Of a DNA stretch of 64,000 bases, positions 28,648 through 38,230 are shown piece by piece. Position numbers and translations under genes: made by a program. Source of the stretch: Actinomycetales bacterium (GTDB lineage: Bacteria; Actinomycetota; Actinomycetes; Actinomycetales; Angustibacteraceae); NCBI GenBank assembly GCA_038322575.1, contig JBBQGB010000008.1, forward strand, positions 3,559 to 67,558. The letters run 5' to 3'. The notes beneath the pieces were generated by a model. It did not search any database. It was given only the letters and a program-made list of their open reading frames with translations, and was not told the DNA's origin. Positions within the stretch are counted from its first letter, which is position 1; every line of letters begins with the position of its first letter.

Positions 28648-29208
28648 ACGCTTGGCGAATCCGAGACTGCCGTCCTTCGGGCACTGGGCAGCAAGGTGCG
28701 ACAGAGGATCCTCGACCAGCTCGGCAGAGGGCCGGCCACCTCGGCCATGCTGGCGCGGGCGCTGGACTCCAACACCGGCGTCATGTCCTACCAGCTGCGC
28801 GAGCTGGCCAAGGCCGACCTCGTCGAGCGCGACGTGAGCCGAGGTCGAGCCAAGTTCTGGCGCCTCGCGCCGGGCGAGACCCGCTTCCGCGACCCGCAGG
28901 AGTCATCGGCCCCCACGCTGGCACGTTCCGTCATCGACCTTCGGCTGGCGGGGCTGGGCGCATCGGTCGAGGGCTACCTGGGTCGCGACGATCTCAGCCC
29001 GGCTTGGCGCGAGGCCGCTCTGTTCTCGCAGTCCGCCCTCGTGCTCACGTCCGACGAGCTCGCCCAGCTCGGTGAGGCGTATCTCGACCTCGTGCGGACC
29101 TGGGCCGAGGTCGCCCGTGACCGCACCGTCGGTCCCGGCTCGCGCGCCGTCCGGCTGGCCCTGTTCGCCTTCCCCGACGACGACACCGCGTCCCTACCGA
29201 GAGGATGA
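28645..29208 (+). CDS. ArsR-type winged-helix transcriptional regulator with C-terminal extension
   Basis: LRALGSKVRQRILDQLGRGPATSAMLARALDSNTGVMSYQLRELAKADLVE is a typical ArsR/HTH_20 pattern. The stop overlaps the next start (ATGA). Confidence 0.75.
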   Translation: MTLGESETAVLRALGSKVRQRILDQLGRGPATSAMLARALDSNTGVMSYQLRELAKADLVERDVSRGRAKFWRLAPGETRFRDPQESSAPTLARSVIDLRLAGLGASVEGYLGRDDLSPAWREAALFSQSALVLTSDELAQLGEAYLDLVRTWAEVARDRTVGPGSRAVRLALFAFPDDDTASLPRG

Positions 29209-30698
29209 GCATGGAGCCCTCGAACGTCACGACCTGGATCGGGGAGACGGCCCAAGGGGTCGTCGTCGCCCGGGCCGATGCGGGGCAGGTGCTGGTCGAC
29301 AGGCCGTCGCTGCGCAGCTTCCGCGAGCCCGTCCCGGCGACCACCGGGGACGGGGGCCTCGTCGTGGACGGAACGCAGCTGCGCCCGGTCGTCCCGCTGC
29401 CCGGGCGCCTGACCGAGCTGGCCGGGTGGTACGCGGGCGACGGTCGAGCGATCCTGCTCACGCAGATCCCCGAGGCCGACTTCGGCGAGCCCATGATCCT
29501 GGTGGCCGAGGACGACCGGGTCACCCGTGCGTACGCGCTGGACGATCGGCACCTGCTCACCGAGGACGGCACGACGATCGACGTCACGGACGACTGTCTG
29601 CTCCGGGTGACCAGCGGGGGTCGGGTCGCCACGCTCGCGCGTTCCACGCGCTACCGCGAGCAGGAGGTCAGCTTCATGGTCGAGGGCGTGCGGCTGGCCG
29701 GCACCCTCGTCCTGCCACCGGGGCCGGGACCCCACCCGGCCGCCGTCCTGCTGCACGGCGCAGCCGGTGGTCAACGGGACTTCTGCCGGCTGCACGCTGA
29801 CCCGATCCTGGCCGCCGGGGTGGCGGTCCTGATCTACGACAAGGCCGGCCACGGCCGCTCCGGCGGCGACGAGCCCTCCGTCTTTGGCCAGGCAGACGCG
29901 GCCGAGGCCGCGATGAGGACGCTCGCCGTCCTTCCCGAGGTCGACGCCGGCCGCATCGGTCTGGCCGGCTTCTCGAACGGGATGTGGGCCGGGCCGATCG
30001 TCGCCGCTCGGCACGGCGCGGCGTTCCTCGCGGGCGTGGGGTCGTCGGGGGTGTCGATGGCCGAGGCGGAGGTGCACCGCCGCACCCAGGTCCTGCGAGC
30101 TGCCGGCGTCGGCCCGGCGACCGTGGCGGCTGCAGGCGACGCCTGGCGCTGCATCTTCACGATCGCGGGCGAGGGGCCCGCGCCGGCTGTCCTGCAGCAG
30201 CTCGGCCGGGCGCTCGACACCGTCAGGGCAGCACCCGACCTCGACCGTTACGAGATCCCCGACTTCGTCCGTGTGAACCCCATGCTCTCCCCCGTCCCGC
30301 CGCTGATGCCGGTCGCCGAGCTCCTCGCCACGCTCGGCGATGGGGTCAACCCCGAGCTGACTCACGACCCGGCCGTCGACTACGCCCGCATCGACTGCCC
30401 CGTGTTCCTCCAGTACGGCTCGGACGACACCAGCGTCCCGGTCGAGGTCTCCGTCGAGCGGATCGAGCACGCGATGACCGGCACCGAACGGGCGCCGACG
30501 ATCCGCGTCTACCCGGGCCTGGAGCACATGCTGAACGTGCTGCCCACCGACCTCACCGGCCTGACGCCAGAGGCCGCCACGTACCAGTACCACCACTTCC
30601 GCTTCGGCCAGGGCGCCCGGGCCGACCTCACCGCCTGGCTGCTGCACGCAACCGGCAGCGGGACACGTGTCAGGCAAGGCCCTCCAGCCACTCGCTGA
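29205..30698 (+). CDS. alpha/beta hydrolase (S9 peptidase / dienelactone-hydrolase-like)
   Basis: The C-terminal domain has VLLHGAAGG, the nucleophile elbow GLAGFSNGMW, and a late D...H (YGSDD...PGLEHM). The N-terminal ~150 aa are non-catalytic. Confidence 0.7.
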   Translation: MSMEPSNVTTWIGETAQGVVVARADAGQVLVDRPSLRSFREPVPATTGDGGLVVDGTQLRPVVPLPGRLTELAGWYAGDGRAILLTQIPEADFGEPMILVAEDDRVTRAYALDDRHLLTEDGTTIDVTDDCLLRVTSGGRVATLARSTRYREQEVSFMVEGVRLAGTLVLPPGPGPHPAAVLLHGAAGGQRDFCRLHADPILAAGVAVLIYDKAGHGRSGGDEPSVFGQADAAEAAMRTLAVLPEVDAGRIGLAGFSNGMWAGPIVAARHGAAFLAGVGSSGVSMAEAEVHRRTQVLRAAGVGPATVAAAGDAWRCIFTIAGEGPAPAVLQQLGRALDTVRAAPDLDRYEIPDFVRVNPMLSPVPPLMPVAELLATLGDGVNPELTHDPAVDYARIDCPVFLQYGSDDTSVPVEVSVERIEHAMTGTERAPTIRVYPGLEHMLNVLPTDLTGLTPEAATYQYHHFRFGQGARADLTAWLLHATGSGTRVRQGPPATR

Positions 30699-30737
30699 CC
30701 GTCGCCACCCCGGGCTCGTCGGTCGCGGTGCTCAGGG

Positions 30738-31814
30738 TCAGAGGGCGGCGAGCTCAGCGGCGCTCAGGTCGGCCAGGCCCAGGGTCGCCAGGGTGCGCGC
30801 CCCCTCCGCGCGGAAGTCACGCCCCAGGACGACCGACGCCAGGGTGATCAGTGCCTGCATCGTCGGGGTCTGGACGCCGACCCGAGCGGCCAGGTCGGTC
30901 AGGAAGACCAGCGAGTAGCCGACGTCCTCGGTGAGATAGCGGTTGTCGAGCCGGCTCTGGGCGGCGATCCCGAGGAAGCCCGGGGCGGTGGAGTAGCCGG
31001 TCGAGTAGGTGGCCTCGCTCATGTACCCCTGCACGACCCCGAGGTCGGGTTCGGACAGCACCCGCACCCCGAGCGCCTCGGCGACAGCCAGCCGTTCGCG
31101 GTCCACCGCCTCGATAGCCCTGCCGACGGCCTCGGTGACTCCCTCCTCGTAGAAGAGGAAGGCACCGGCAGCCCGGTCGATGAGGCCGGCGTTGAGCAGC
31201 GTCACGGCGGGGTGGATGACCGGGTTGCCGTTCTGCAGGGTGGTCTGCAGGACGCAGTCACCCGCAGCCACGCCCGGGTAGACGTCCTGGATCATCGAGA
31301 GCAACCGGCCGGTGCCCGACCGGGGTAGCCCGGCGACGAAGACACCGCCGCCCAGCTTGTGGAAGACGTTGATCCGTCCGGGTCCGATGATCCGGACCGC
31401 GTACGGCAGCGTGCTGGTCTCGCCCACCGTGATCGTCTGGTCATCCAGCGCCAGGCCGACCGTGCGTCTGAACGTGATGGCACCCGCGCACGACGCCGGG
31501 CAGACCAGCACCGCGTGCCCGGGCACGAGGTGCGGCGCGAGGAGGGCCGCCTGGTGCTCGGTGCTGTACGCGGGGCCGACCAGCACGATCAGCTCGGTGC
31601 CCGCGAGCGCCTCCTCGACGTCGTGACCGGAGTACGCGATCTCGGCGAAGCCCTCGATCCGACCCGTGGCGTGGATCCCACCGGCGGCCGCCACCTCGGC
31701 CACGTGGTCGGGAAAGTGCGGGCTGTCGAAGAGCCGCACGGTGTGTCCGTGCTGCGCGAAGTCGAAGGCGGTCGCGAGACCGCCGTTGCCAGAACCGACG
31801 ACGGTGACGTTCAT
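30738..31814 (-). CDS. NAD/NADP octopine/nopaline dehydrogenase family protein
   Basis: ATG at 31814. It has the Rossmann motif VVGSGNGGLATAFDFAQHGH, then NPVIHPAVTLLNAG, typical of opine dehydrogenase-like enzymes. Confidence 0.7.
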   Translation of the reverse strand: MNVTVVGSGNGGLATAFDFAQHGHTVRLFDSPHFPDHVAEVAAAGGIHATGRIEGFAEIAYSGHDVEEALAGTELIVLVGPAYSTEHQAALLAPHLVPGHAVLVCPASCAGAITFRRTVGLALDDQTITVGETSTLPYAVRIIGPGRINVFHKLGGGVFVAGLPRSGTGRLLSMIQDVYPGVAAGDCVLQTTLQNGNPVIHPAVTLLNAGLIDRAAGAFLFYEEGVTEAVGRAIEAVDRERLAVAEALGVRVLSEPDLGVVQGYMSEATYSTGYSTAPGFLGIAAQSRLDNRYLTEDVGYSLVFLTDLAARVGVQTPTMQALITLASVVLGRDFRAEGARTLATLGLADLSAAELAAL

Positions 31815-31920
31815 CCTCGTCACCGTAGCTGCCCCCTCGCGCCGCACCCAGGGGTCGACGGGCAGGGGGCCCAGGGGTCCAAGGTCCCGACCCGCCGGGC
31901 CGAGCCTTCTCGTCGTCGGG

Positions 31921-32844
31921 TCAGAAGTACCAGGGGTACGGCGACCAGTCGGGCTCACGCTTGTCCAGGAAGGCGTCCCGGCCCTCGACGGCCTCGTCGG
32001 TCATGTACGCGAGGCGGGTGGCCTCACCGGCGAACACCTGCTGGCCCACGAGACCGTCGTCGGTGAGGTTGAAGGCGAACTTCAGCATCCGCTGGGCGGT
32101 GGGGCTCTTGCCGTTGATCTCGCGCGCCCACTGCAGCGCGACGGTCTCGAGCTCGGCGTGGTCGGCGACCTCGTTGACGGCGCCCATCCGCTGCATCGTC
32201 TCGGCGTCGTAGGTGCGGCCGAGGAAGAAGATCTCGCGGGCGTTCTTCTGGCCGACCATCTTGGCGAGGTACGCCGAGCCGTAGCCCGCGTCGAACGAGC
32301 CGACGTCCGCGTCGGTCTGCTTGAACCGCGCGTGCTGGCGACTGGCGATCGTCAGGTCGCAGACGACGTGCAGGCTGTGCCCGCCGCCGGCGGCCCAGCC
32401 GGGCACCACCGCGATGACCACCTTGGGCATCATCCGGATCAGACGCTGCACCTCCAGGATGTGCAGCCGCCCGCCGGCGGCGGCGACCCGAGCGGCGTCG
32501 ACGGTGTCGGCCGTCTCGCCGCTCGCGTACTGGTACCCCGACCGGCCACGGATCCGCTGGTCACCGCCGGAGCAGAACGCCCACCCGCCGTCCTTGGCGG
32601 AGGGCCCGTTGCCGGTGAGCAGCACGCAGCCGACGTCCGGCGTCATCCGGGCGTGGTCCAGGGCGCGGTACAGCTCGTCGACGGTCGCGGGGCGGAACGC
32701 GTTGCGCACCTCTGGTCGGTCGAAGGCGATCCGCACCGTCCCCTGGTCGATCGCCCGGTGGTAGGTGATGTCGGCGAAGTCGAACCCCTCCACCTCGGTC
32801 CACAGGGTCGGGTCGAACACGGGCTGCGCGCGGTCGTCGGTCAC
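31921..32844 (-). CDS. menB: 1,4-dihydroxy-2-naphthoyl-CoA synthase
   Basis: Crotonase fold with MenB signatures: ITYHRA...GTVRIAFDRPEVRNAFRP, FCSGGDQRIRG, VVPGWAAGGGHSLHVVCDL, and a C-terminal DWSPYPWYF. Confidence 0.92.
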   Translation of the reverse strand: MTDDRAQPVFDPTLWTEVEGFDFADITYHRAIDQGTVRIAFDRPEVRNAFRPATVDELYRALDHARMTPDVGCVLLTGNGPSAKDGGWAFCSGGDQRIRGRSGYQYASGETADTVDAARVAAAGGRLHILEVQRLIRMMPKVVIAVVPGWAAGGGHSLHVVCDLTIASRQHARFKQTDADVGSFDAGYGSAYLAKMVGQKNAREIFFLGRTYDAETMQRMGAVNEVADHAELETVALQWAREINGKSPTAQRMLKFAFNLTDDGLVGQQVFAGEATRLAYMTDEAVEGRDAFLDKREPDWSPYPWYF

Positions 32845-32862
32845 ATCGGCGAGGATAGGCCG

Positions 32863-34149
32863 GTGCGGCTGACCGGTGACTCCGTCTACCTGCTGGCGGG
32901 GATCGCCCTGCTGGGAGGAGCCGTGCTGCCCCGGCTGCTGCGCAACAAGGCCATCTCGACGCCGATGGCGTTCGTCGCCGTGGGTCTGCTGATCGGCCTG
33001 GTGCCCCTGCCGGACGGCGTGTCGGTGCTGCCGCAGAGCAACCCGGCACTGACCGAGCGGATGACCGAGCTGTGCGTCATCGTCGCGCTGATGGGTGTGG
33101 GCCTGGCCATCGACCGCCCGCTGCGCTGGCGCACGTGGACGACGGCCTGGCGCCTGGTGCTGGTCGCGATGCCGCTGTGCATCGGCGGGGTGGCGCTGCT
33201 CGGGTGGGGGCTGGCGGGCCTGGCCCCGGCGTCCGCGCTGCTGCTAGGGGCGGCCCTCGCGCCCACCGACCCGGTGCTGGCGTCCGACGTCCAGGTCGAC
33301 GGGCCGGACGTCGACGTCGGCGAGGGCGCGCCGACGCAGGACGAGGACGACGAGGTGCGCTTCGCCCTGACGTCGGAGGCCGGGCTCAACGACGGCGCCG
33401 CGTTCCCGTTCGTGTACGCCGCGATCCTGCTGGCCGGCGCCGGATCGGTCGGCGACTGGGCGCTGACGTGGGTGGCGTGGGACCTGGTCGGCAAGGTGGT
33501 CGTGGGCGTGCTGGTCGGGGCGGCGTCCGGCTGGGCGCTCGCGCGGCTCGCGTTCCGCTCGCACCGCAGGTCGTTGCGGCTGGCCGAGGCCGGCGACCCG
33601 ATCCTGGCGATCGCCGCGACCCTGGGCGTCTACGGCCTCACCGAGGTGCTCGGCGGGTACGGGTTCCTCGCCGTCTTCATCTGCGGCGTCGCGCTGCGCA
33701 GCCTCGAGCGCGACCACTCGTTCCACGCCTCGCTGCACGAGTTCATCGGCCAGCTCGAGCACATGCTCACCTGGGCGCTCCTGCTGCTGCTCGGCGCCGC
33801 AGTCAGCCAGGGGCTGCTGCGCTCGCTCACCCTCGGCGGCGCGGCCGTCGGACTGCTGCTGGTGCTGGTCGTTCGGCCGGCGATGGCGTGGATCTCGTTG
33901 CAGGGCACCGTTCTCGGCCCACGCGAGCGGCTCGTCACCGCCTTCTTCGGGGTGCGTGGCATCGGGTCGATCTACTACGTCGCCTACGGCACGGGGGCCG
34001 CGACGTTCGCGGGCACCGACCGGATCTGGTCGACCGCCGCCTTCACGGTGCTGCTGTCGGTGGTCGTCCACGGCGTCCTCGCCACGCCGGTGATGCGCCG
34101 ACTCGACACCATGCGCGCGCACCCGTCGGCGGCGGGGCAGCCGCTGTGA
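32863..34149 (+). CDS. cation:proton antiporter (NhaP/CPA1-like Na+/H+ exchanger)
   Basis: GTG at 32863 after GAGGATAGG. It has 10-12 TM helices and the motifs LGAALAPTDPVLASDV and LTSEAGLNDGAAFPF. The first ~400 codons of ORF 31666..34149 are antisense to menB and are not part of the gene. Confidence 0.8.
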   Translation: MRLTGDSVYLLAGIALLGGAVLPRLLRNKAISTPMAFVAVGLLIGLVPLPDGVSVLPQSNPALTERMTELCVIVALMGVGLAIDRPLRWRTWTTAWRLVLVAMPLCIGGVALLGWGLAGLAPASALLLGAALAPTDPVLASDVQVDGPDVDVGEGAPTQDEDDEVRFALTSEAGLNDGAAFPFVYAAILLAGAGSVGDWALTWVAWDLVGKVVVGVLVGAASGWALARLAFRSHRRSLRLAEAGDPILAIAATLGVYGLTEVLGGYGFLAVFICGVALRSLERDHSFHASLHEFIGQLEHMLTWALLLLLGAAVSQGLLRSLTLGGAAVGLLLVLVVRPAMAWISLQGTVLGPRERLVTAFFGVRGIGSIYYVAYGTGAATFAGTDRIWSTAAFTVLLSVVVHGVLATPVMRRLDTMRAHPSAAGQPL

Positions 34150-35126
34150 CCGGTGGCTGGGACGAGGTGCACGTCGTCCGGCTGCCCCTGCGGGTGCGCT
34201 TTCGCGGCCTCATGGAGCGCGAGGGCCTGCTGCTGCGCGGGCCTGCCGGCTGGGGCGAGTTCTCGCCGTTCGTCGAGTACGACGACGCCGAGTCCGCCCG
34301 CTGGCTCGCCGCCGCGGTCGAGGCCGTGACCGCATCGCCGCCGGCCGCCGTCCGCAGCCAGATCCCGGTCAACGCGACGGTCCCGGCGGTGCCGGCGGCC
34401 GACGTCGCGGACGTGCTCGCCCGTTTCGCCGGGTGCACGACCGCCAAGGTCAAGGTGGGCGAGCGCGGGCAGGCGCTCGCGGACGACGTCGCCCGGGTCG
34501 CCGAGGTGCGCGCGGTGCTCGGGGCGGCCGGTCGCATCCGGGTCGACGCCAACGGGGCCTGGGACGTCGACGAGGCGCGGCGCGCGCTGACAGCCCTGGC
34601 GCCGTACGGGCTCGAGTACGCCGAGCAGCCCTGCGCGACGCTGGACGACCTCGGCCGGCTGCGGGTCGCCCTGGCCCGGGCCGGGGTCGACGTGCTGGTC
34701 GCGGCGGACGAGAGCATCCGCAAGGCCGACGACCCGCTGAAGGTCGCGGCCGCCGGCAGCGCCGACCTCGTGGTGCTCAAGGTCGCCCCGCTCGGCGGGG
34801 TGCGCACCGCCCTCGCGGTGGCCGAGCAGTGCGGGCTGCCCGTCGTGGTCTCCTCGGCCCTGGACACCTCGGTCGGCATCGCGGCCGGTGTCGCGCTGGC
34901 GGCGGCCCTGCCCGACCTGCCGTTCGCCTGCGGGCTGGGCACCGCGGCGCTGTTCGCCCGCGACGTCGTCGACCCGCCGCTGCGGCCCGTCGGCGGAGCG
35001 ATCGACGTCGCCCTGGCCGCCGCGACGACGCCCGACCTGGCCGCACTGGCCGGGCTGGCCGCCCCCGAGGACCGCCAGCGGTGGTGGCGCGAGCGGCTCC
35101 ACCGGTGCCTGGCACTGCTGCCGTGA
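34146..35126 (+). CDS. menC: o-succinylbenzoate synthase
   Basis: Enolase-superfamily pattern: TAKVKVG, RIRVDANGAW, LEYAEQP, ADESIR, VLKVAPLGG. The GTG overlaps the upstream stop (GTGA). Confidence 0.85.
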   Translation: MTGGWDEVHVVRLPLRVRFRGLMEREGLLLRGPAGWGEFSPFVEYDDAESARWLAAAVEAVTASPPAAVRSQIPVNATVPAVPAADVADVLARFAGCTTAKVKVGERGQALADDVARVAEVRAVLGAAGRIRVDANGAWDVDEARRALTALAPYGLEYAEQPCATLDDLGRLRVALARAGVDVLVAADESIRKADDPLKVAAAGSADLVVLKVAPLGGVRTALAVAEQCGLPVVVSSALDTSVGIAAGVALAAALPDLPFACGLGTAALFARDVVDPPLRPVGGAIDVALAAATTPDLAALAGLAAPEDRQRWWRERLHRCLALLP

Positions 35127-36373
35127 CCACGGGCCGGCTCCGGGTGGCGCTGACGGCACTCGCGCTCACCGCGGTGCTGGCCGCCACCGTGGTGGCCGGC
35201 TGCGCGCCCAGCGAGCGACCCGCTCGAGCCGCCGGCAGCGCCCGCGTGGTCGACCCGGCGTCCTTCGGCCTGAACACGCCGCACTCCGCGGCGACCGTCC
35301 CGTACGGGGCGCTGCGGCTGTGGGACACCCGCACCACCTGGGCGCACCTGCAACCCGCGCGCGGCGTGTTCGACTGGGCCAGGCTGGACGGGTACGTCGC
35401 CCGGGCCCGAGCCCAGCGCGTCCCGGTGCTGCTCGTCCTGGGTTCGACACCCGCCTGGGCCGCGACCCAGCCCACGGCCCCGGGCGCCGGGTGGCTGGCG
35501 CGGGGCAGCTCGTCGCCGCCCCGCTCGGACGCCGACTGGGTGGCCTACGTCGACGCCGTCGTCGCCCGCTACCGCGGTCGGATCGCGGCCTACCAGATCT
35601 GGAACGAGGCGCAGTCGCCGCAGTTCTGGAAGGGCACGCCGGGGGGTCTGGCGCACCTCACGCAGCTGGCGGCAGCCCGGGTCGCCGCCCTGGACCCCGC
35701 GGCGACCGTGGTGGCGACACCCCTGCAGCCCAGGCAGTCGGGCTGGCAGGCGTGGTCGGCCGCATACCTGAGCGCGCTGGCGGCACGAGGCTGGCCGGTC
35801 GACGTGTTCGCCGTGCACTCCTACCAGCCGGACGCGCTCGCGACGCCGGACGGGCGGTTCGACCTGCTGCGTCAGGCGCAGTCGGTGCTGCGGGCGGCCG
35901 GTGCGCCGCGCCGTCCACTGTGGGACACCGAGGTCAACTACTCGAGCCCCGCCTTCGCCGCGCACCCGGTGCGGGGCCAGGCGGCCGCTGACTGGACTGC
36001 GCGCACCTACCTCGACTCGATCCGCCTCGGCGTGGCCCGCACCTACTGGTACGCCTGGGACGACCCGATCGACGTCCTCGGGGTCACGATGAGCCCCGGC
36101 GGCCCGAGCCAGCGGGCGTTCACCACGCTGCAGGAGTGGCTGGCCGGCAGCACGTTCCGCGGGTGCGTCTCGCCCACCCCGGCCAGGGGGGCGGTCGTGA
36201 CGGCGTGCACGTTCACGACGGGCGCCCGGCGCTTCCTCGTCGTGTGGGCGGCGGCCGGCGGCAGCGCCCCGGTGCCGGTGCCGGCCACGTCGATCTGCGG
36301 TCTGCTGAGCGGGTGCCGACCCGTGGACAGGCGCACGTCGATCACCACCTCGCCGGTGCTGCTGCGGCCGTAG
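35123..36373 (+). CDS. lipoprotein with clan GH-A glycoside-hydrolase-like (beta/alpha)8 signatures
   Basis: Signal peptide plus lipobox (LAATVVAGC). A candidate acid/base is in YQIWNEAQ and a candidate nucleophile in LWDTEVNY. The GTG overlaps the menC stop (GTGA). Confidence 0.6.
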   Translation: MTTGRLRVALTALALTAVLAATVVAGCAPSERPARAAGSARVVDPASFGLNTPHSAATVPYGALRLWDTRTTWAHLQPARGVFDWARLDGYVARARAQRVPVLLVLGSTPAWAATQPTAPGAGWLARGSSSPPRSDADWVAYVDAVVARYRGRIAAYQIWNEAQSPQFWKGTPGGLAHLTQLAAARVAALDPAATVVATPLQPRQSGWQAWSAAYLSALAARGWPVDVFAVHSYQPDALATPDGRFDLLRQAQSVLRAAGAPRRPLWDTEVNYSSPAFAAHPVRGQAAADWTARTYLDSIRLGVARTYWYAWDDPIDVLGVTMSPGGPSQRAFTTLQEWLAGSTFRGCVSPTPARGAVVTACTFTTGARRFLVVWAAAGGSAPVPVPATSICGLLSGCRPVDRRTSITTSPVLLRP

Positions 36374-36415
36374 CCCGCCGCGCACGGTGGGTTCGCGCCC
36401 GGTGAGAATGGGACC

Positions 36416-38101
36416 GTGAACCCCTCCACCGCACTGGCCACGGTGCTCGTCGACGAGCTGGTGCGCGGCGGCGTCCGGCACGCGGTGCTGTGCCCGGGGT
36501 CGCGGTCGGCACCGCTGGCGTACGCGCTGCACGCCGCGGACGCCGAGGGCCGGCTCGCGCTGCACGTGCGGGTCGACGAGCGCAGCGCGGGTTTCGTGGC
36601 CCTGGGCCTGGCGAAGGCGAGCGGGCCGGTGGTGGTCGTGACGACGTCCGGGACGGCGGTCGCCAACCTGCACCCGGCGGTGCTCGAGGCCGACCACGGC
36701 GGGGTGCCGCTGGTGGTGATGACCGCCGACCGTCCGCCCGAGCTGCGCGGCACGGGCGCCAATCAGACGACCGACCAGGTGCGCTTCTTCGGTGCCGCAG
36801 CGCGGTTCGCCCACGACCTCGGCGTCCCCGACGAGCGGCCCGGCCAGGTCGCGACCTGGCGCGCCGTGGTGGCGCGGGCGCTCGCGGCGGCGACCGGGTC
36901 GCGCGGGGCCGCCCCGGGCCCGGTGCAGCTCAACGTCCCCCTGCGCGAGCCGCTGGTGCCGGACGACGACCCGTCCTTCGTCGAGCCGCTGGACGGTCGC
37001 TCGGGCGGGGCGCCCTGGGTGCAGGTGGCGGCGCGGCAGGCCCTCGCGGGCAACCCGGCGCTCGGACCCCGGACGGTGGTGCTCGTCGGTGACCTGCCGA
37101 CCGGTGGCCCCGACTGGGGGGCGCTGGCCGCCGACCTCGCCGACGCGGGCGGGTGGCCGCTGCTCGCGGAGCCGTCCAGCGGCGGGGCCTGGGCGCGGGC
37201 GCTGCCGGGCGGCTCGCTGCTGCTCACCTGCGCGGACTGGGTCGACCGGCACCGGCCGGACGCCGTCCTGGTCGTCGGGCGCGTCACCCTCAGTCGCGCG
37301 GCGGCCGCCCTGCTGCGGCACGACGGCACCGTCGTCGAGGTGGTCAGCGACGACCCGACCTGGCCCGACCCCGGTCACCGCGCCCACCGCGTGCACCCGC
37401 TGGCCGCGCTGGTCGACCCGATGGCCCAGGGCGCGCTCGACGCCGACTGGCACGGCCGCTGGCAGCAGGCAGCGGCGCGGGTGGCGGCCGCCGCGCGCCC
37501 CGTGGTCGAGGGCAGCTGGCCGTCGGCGCCCGCGGTGGCCGCGGCCGTGGCCGCGGCCCTGCCGCCGGACGCCGTGCTGTTCGTGGGGTCGTCCAACCCC
37601 GTGCGCCACCTGGACCTGGTCGGCCGCGCGGGCGCGCGCGTGGTGGCCAACCGCGGGCTCGCCGGCATCGACGGCTGCGTGTCGACGGCGACTGGGCTGG
37701 CGCTGGCAGGCTCGGTGCCGACGTACGCGCTGGTCGGCGACCTCACGTTCGTCCACGACACCGGGGCGCTGGTGGTCGGCCCGAACGAGCCGCATCCCGA
37801 CCTCACCGTCGTGGTCGTCAACGACGACGGCGGCGGGATCTTCAGCCTGCTCGAGCCCGGTGCCCCCGAGCGCGCCGCGCCGTTCGACCGGGTGTTCGGA
37901 ACCAGCCACGGAACCGACCTGCAGAACCTTTGCGCCGCAACGGGTTCGCGGCACGTCCGGGTGACCGACCCGTCCGGGCTCACCGACGTCCTCGGCGAAC
38001 CACCGCGGGGCGTCACGGTGGTCGAGGTCACCGTCGACCGCACCGCGCACCGCGGCCTCGACGCGGCGCTGCGGGACGCGGCAGCGGCAGCCACCGGCTA
38101 G
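36416..38101 (+). CDS. menD: 2-succinyl-5-enolpyruvyl-6-hydroxy-3-cyclohexene-1-carboxylate synthase
   Basis: TPP enzyme with MenD-type N-terminus (LVDELVRGGVRHAVLCPGSRSAPLA, TSGTAVANLHPAV.EA, LVVMTADRPPELR..GANQT) and a C-terminal GDLTF.HD...NNDGGGIF. Confidence 0.9.
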   Translation: MNPSTALATVLVDELVRGGVRHAVLCPGSRSAPLAYALHAADAEGRLALHVRVDERSAGFVALGLAKASGPVVVVTTSGTAVANLHPAVLEADHGGVPLVVMTADRPPELRGTGANQTTDQVRFFGAAARFAHDLGVPDERPGQVATWRAVVARALAAATGSRGAAPGPVQLNVPLREPLVPDDDPSFVEPLDGRSGGAPWVQVAARQALAGNPALGPRTVVLVGDLPTGGPDWGALAADLADAGGWPLLAEPSSGGAWARALPGGSLLLTCADWVDRHRPDAVLVVGRVTLSRAAAALLRHDGTVVEVVSDDPTWPDPGHRAHRVHPLAALVDPMAQGALDADWHGRWQQAAARVAAAARPVVEGSWPSAPAVAAAVAAALPPDAVLFVGSSNPVRHLDLVGRAGARVVANRGLAGIDGCVSTATGLALAGSVPTYALVGDLTFVHDTGALVVGPNEPHPDLTVVVVNDDGGGIFSLLEPGAPERAAPFDRVFGTSHGTDLQNLCAATGSRHVRVTDPSGLTDVLGEPPRGVTVVEVTVDRTAHRGLDAALRDAAAAATG

Positions 38102-38134
38102 TGGTGTGTCTCAGCCGGTCACCCGACGGGTGAA

Positions 38135-38184
38135 GCCCCGACAACGGGGCAACGGGGCGTCAGATGTGACGCGCAGTTGCCCCG
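38135..38184. terminator. nested/alternative GC-rich hairpins in the convergent menD / phosphatase gap (likely bidirectional terminator)
   Basis: Three pairings are visible: GCCCCG-acaa-CGGGGC (38135-38150), CGGGGCAAC (38145-53) with GTTGCCCCG (38176-84), and an inner GCGTCA-gatg-TGACGC. Confidence 0.4.
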
Positions 38185-38230
38185 ATCAGCCACATAGATG
38201 CTCTGTCGTCGCGCTCGTCGAAGCGCACCT

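Noticed and set aside
31666-32862. N-terminal 400 codons of the 827-aa ORF 31666..34149, which would make a giant antiporter fusion.
   Set aside because: This part is antisense to menB and the opine dehydrogenase-like gene and has shadow composition. Membrane-protein character begins only after the GTG at 32863, which has a plausible RBS.
34043-38050. 1335-aa uninterrupted ORF on the minus strand spanning menC, the lipoprotein gene and menD.
   Set aside because: It is antisense to three well-supported plus-strand genes with clear family motifs. Its translation is Arg/Gly/Pro/Ala-dominated low complexity with no motif. Long stop-free shadow frames are expected opposite genes with very high GC3.
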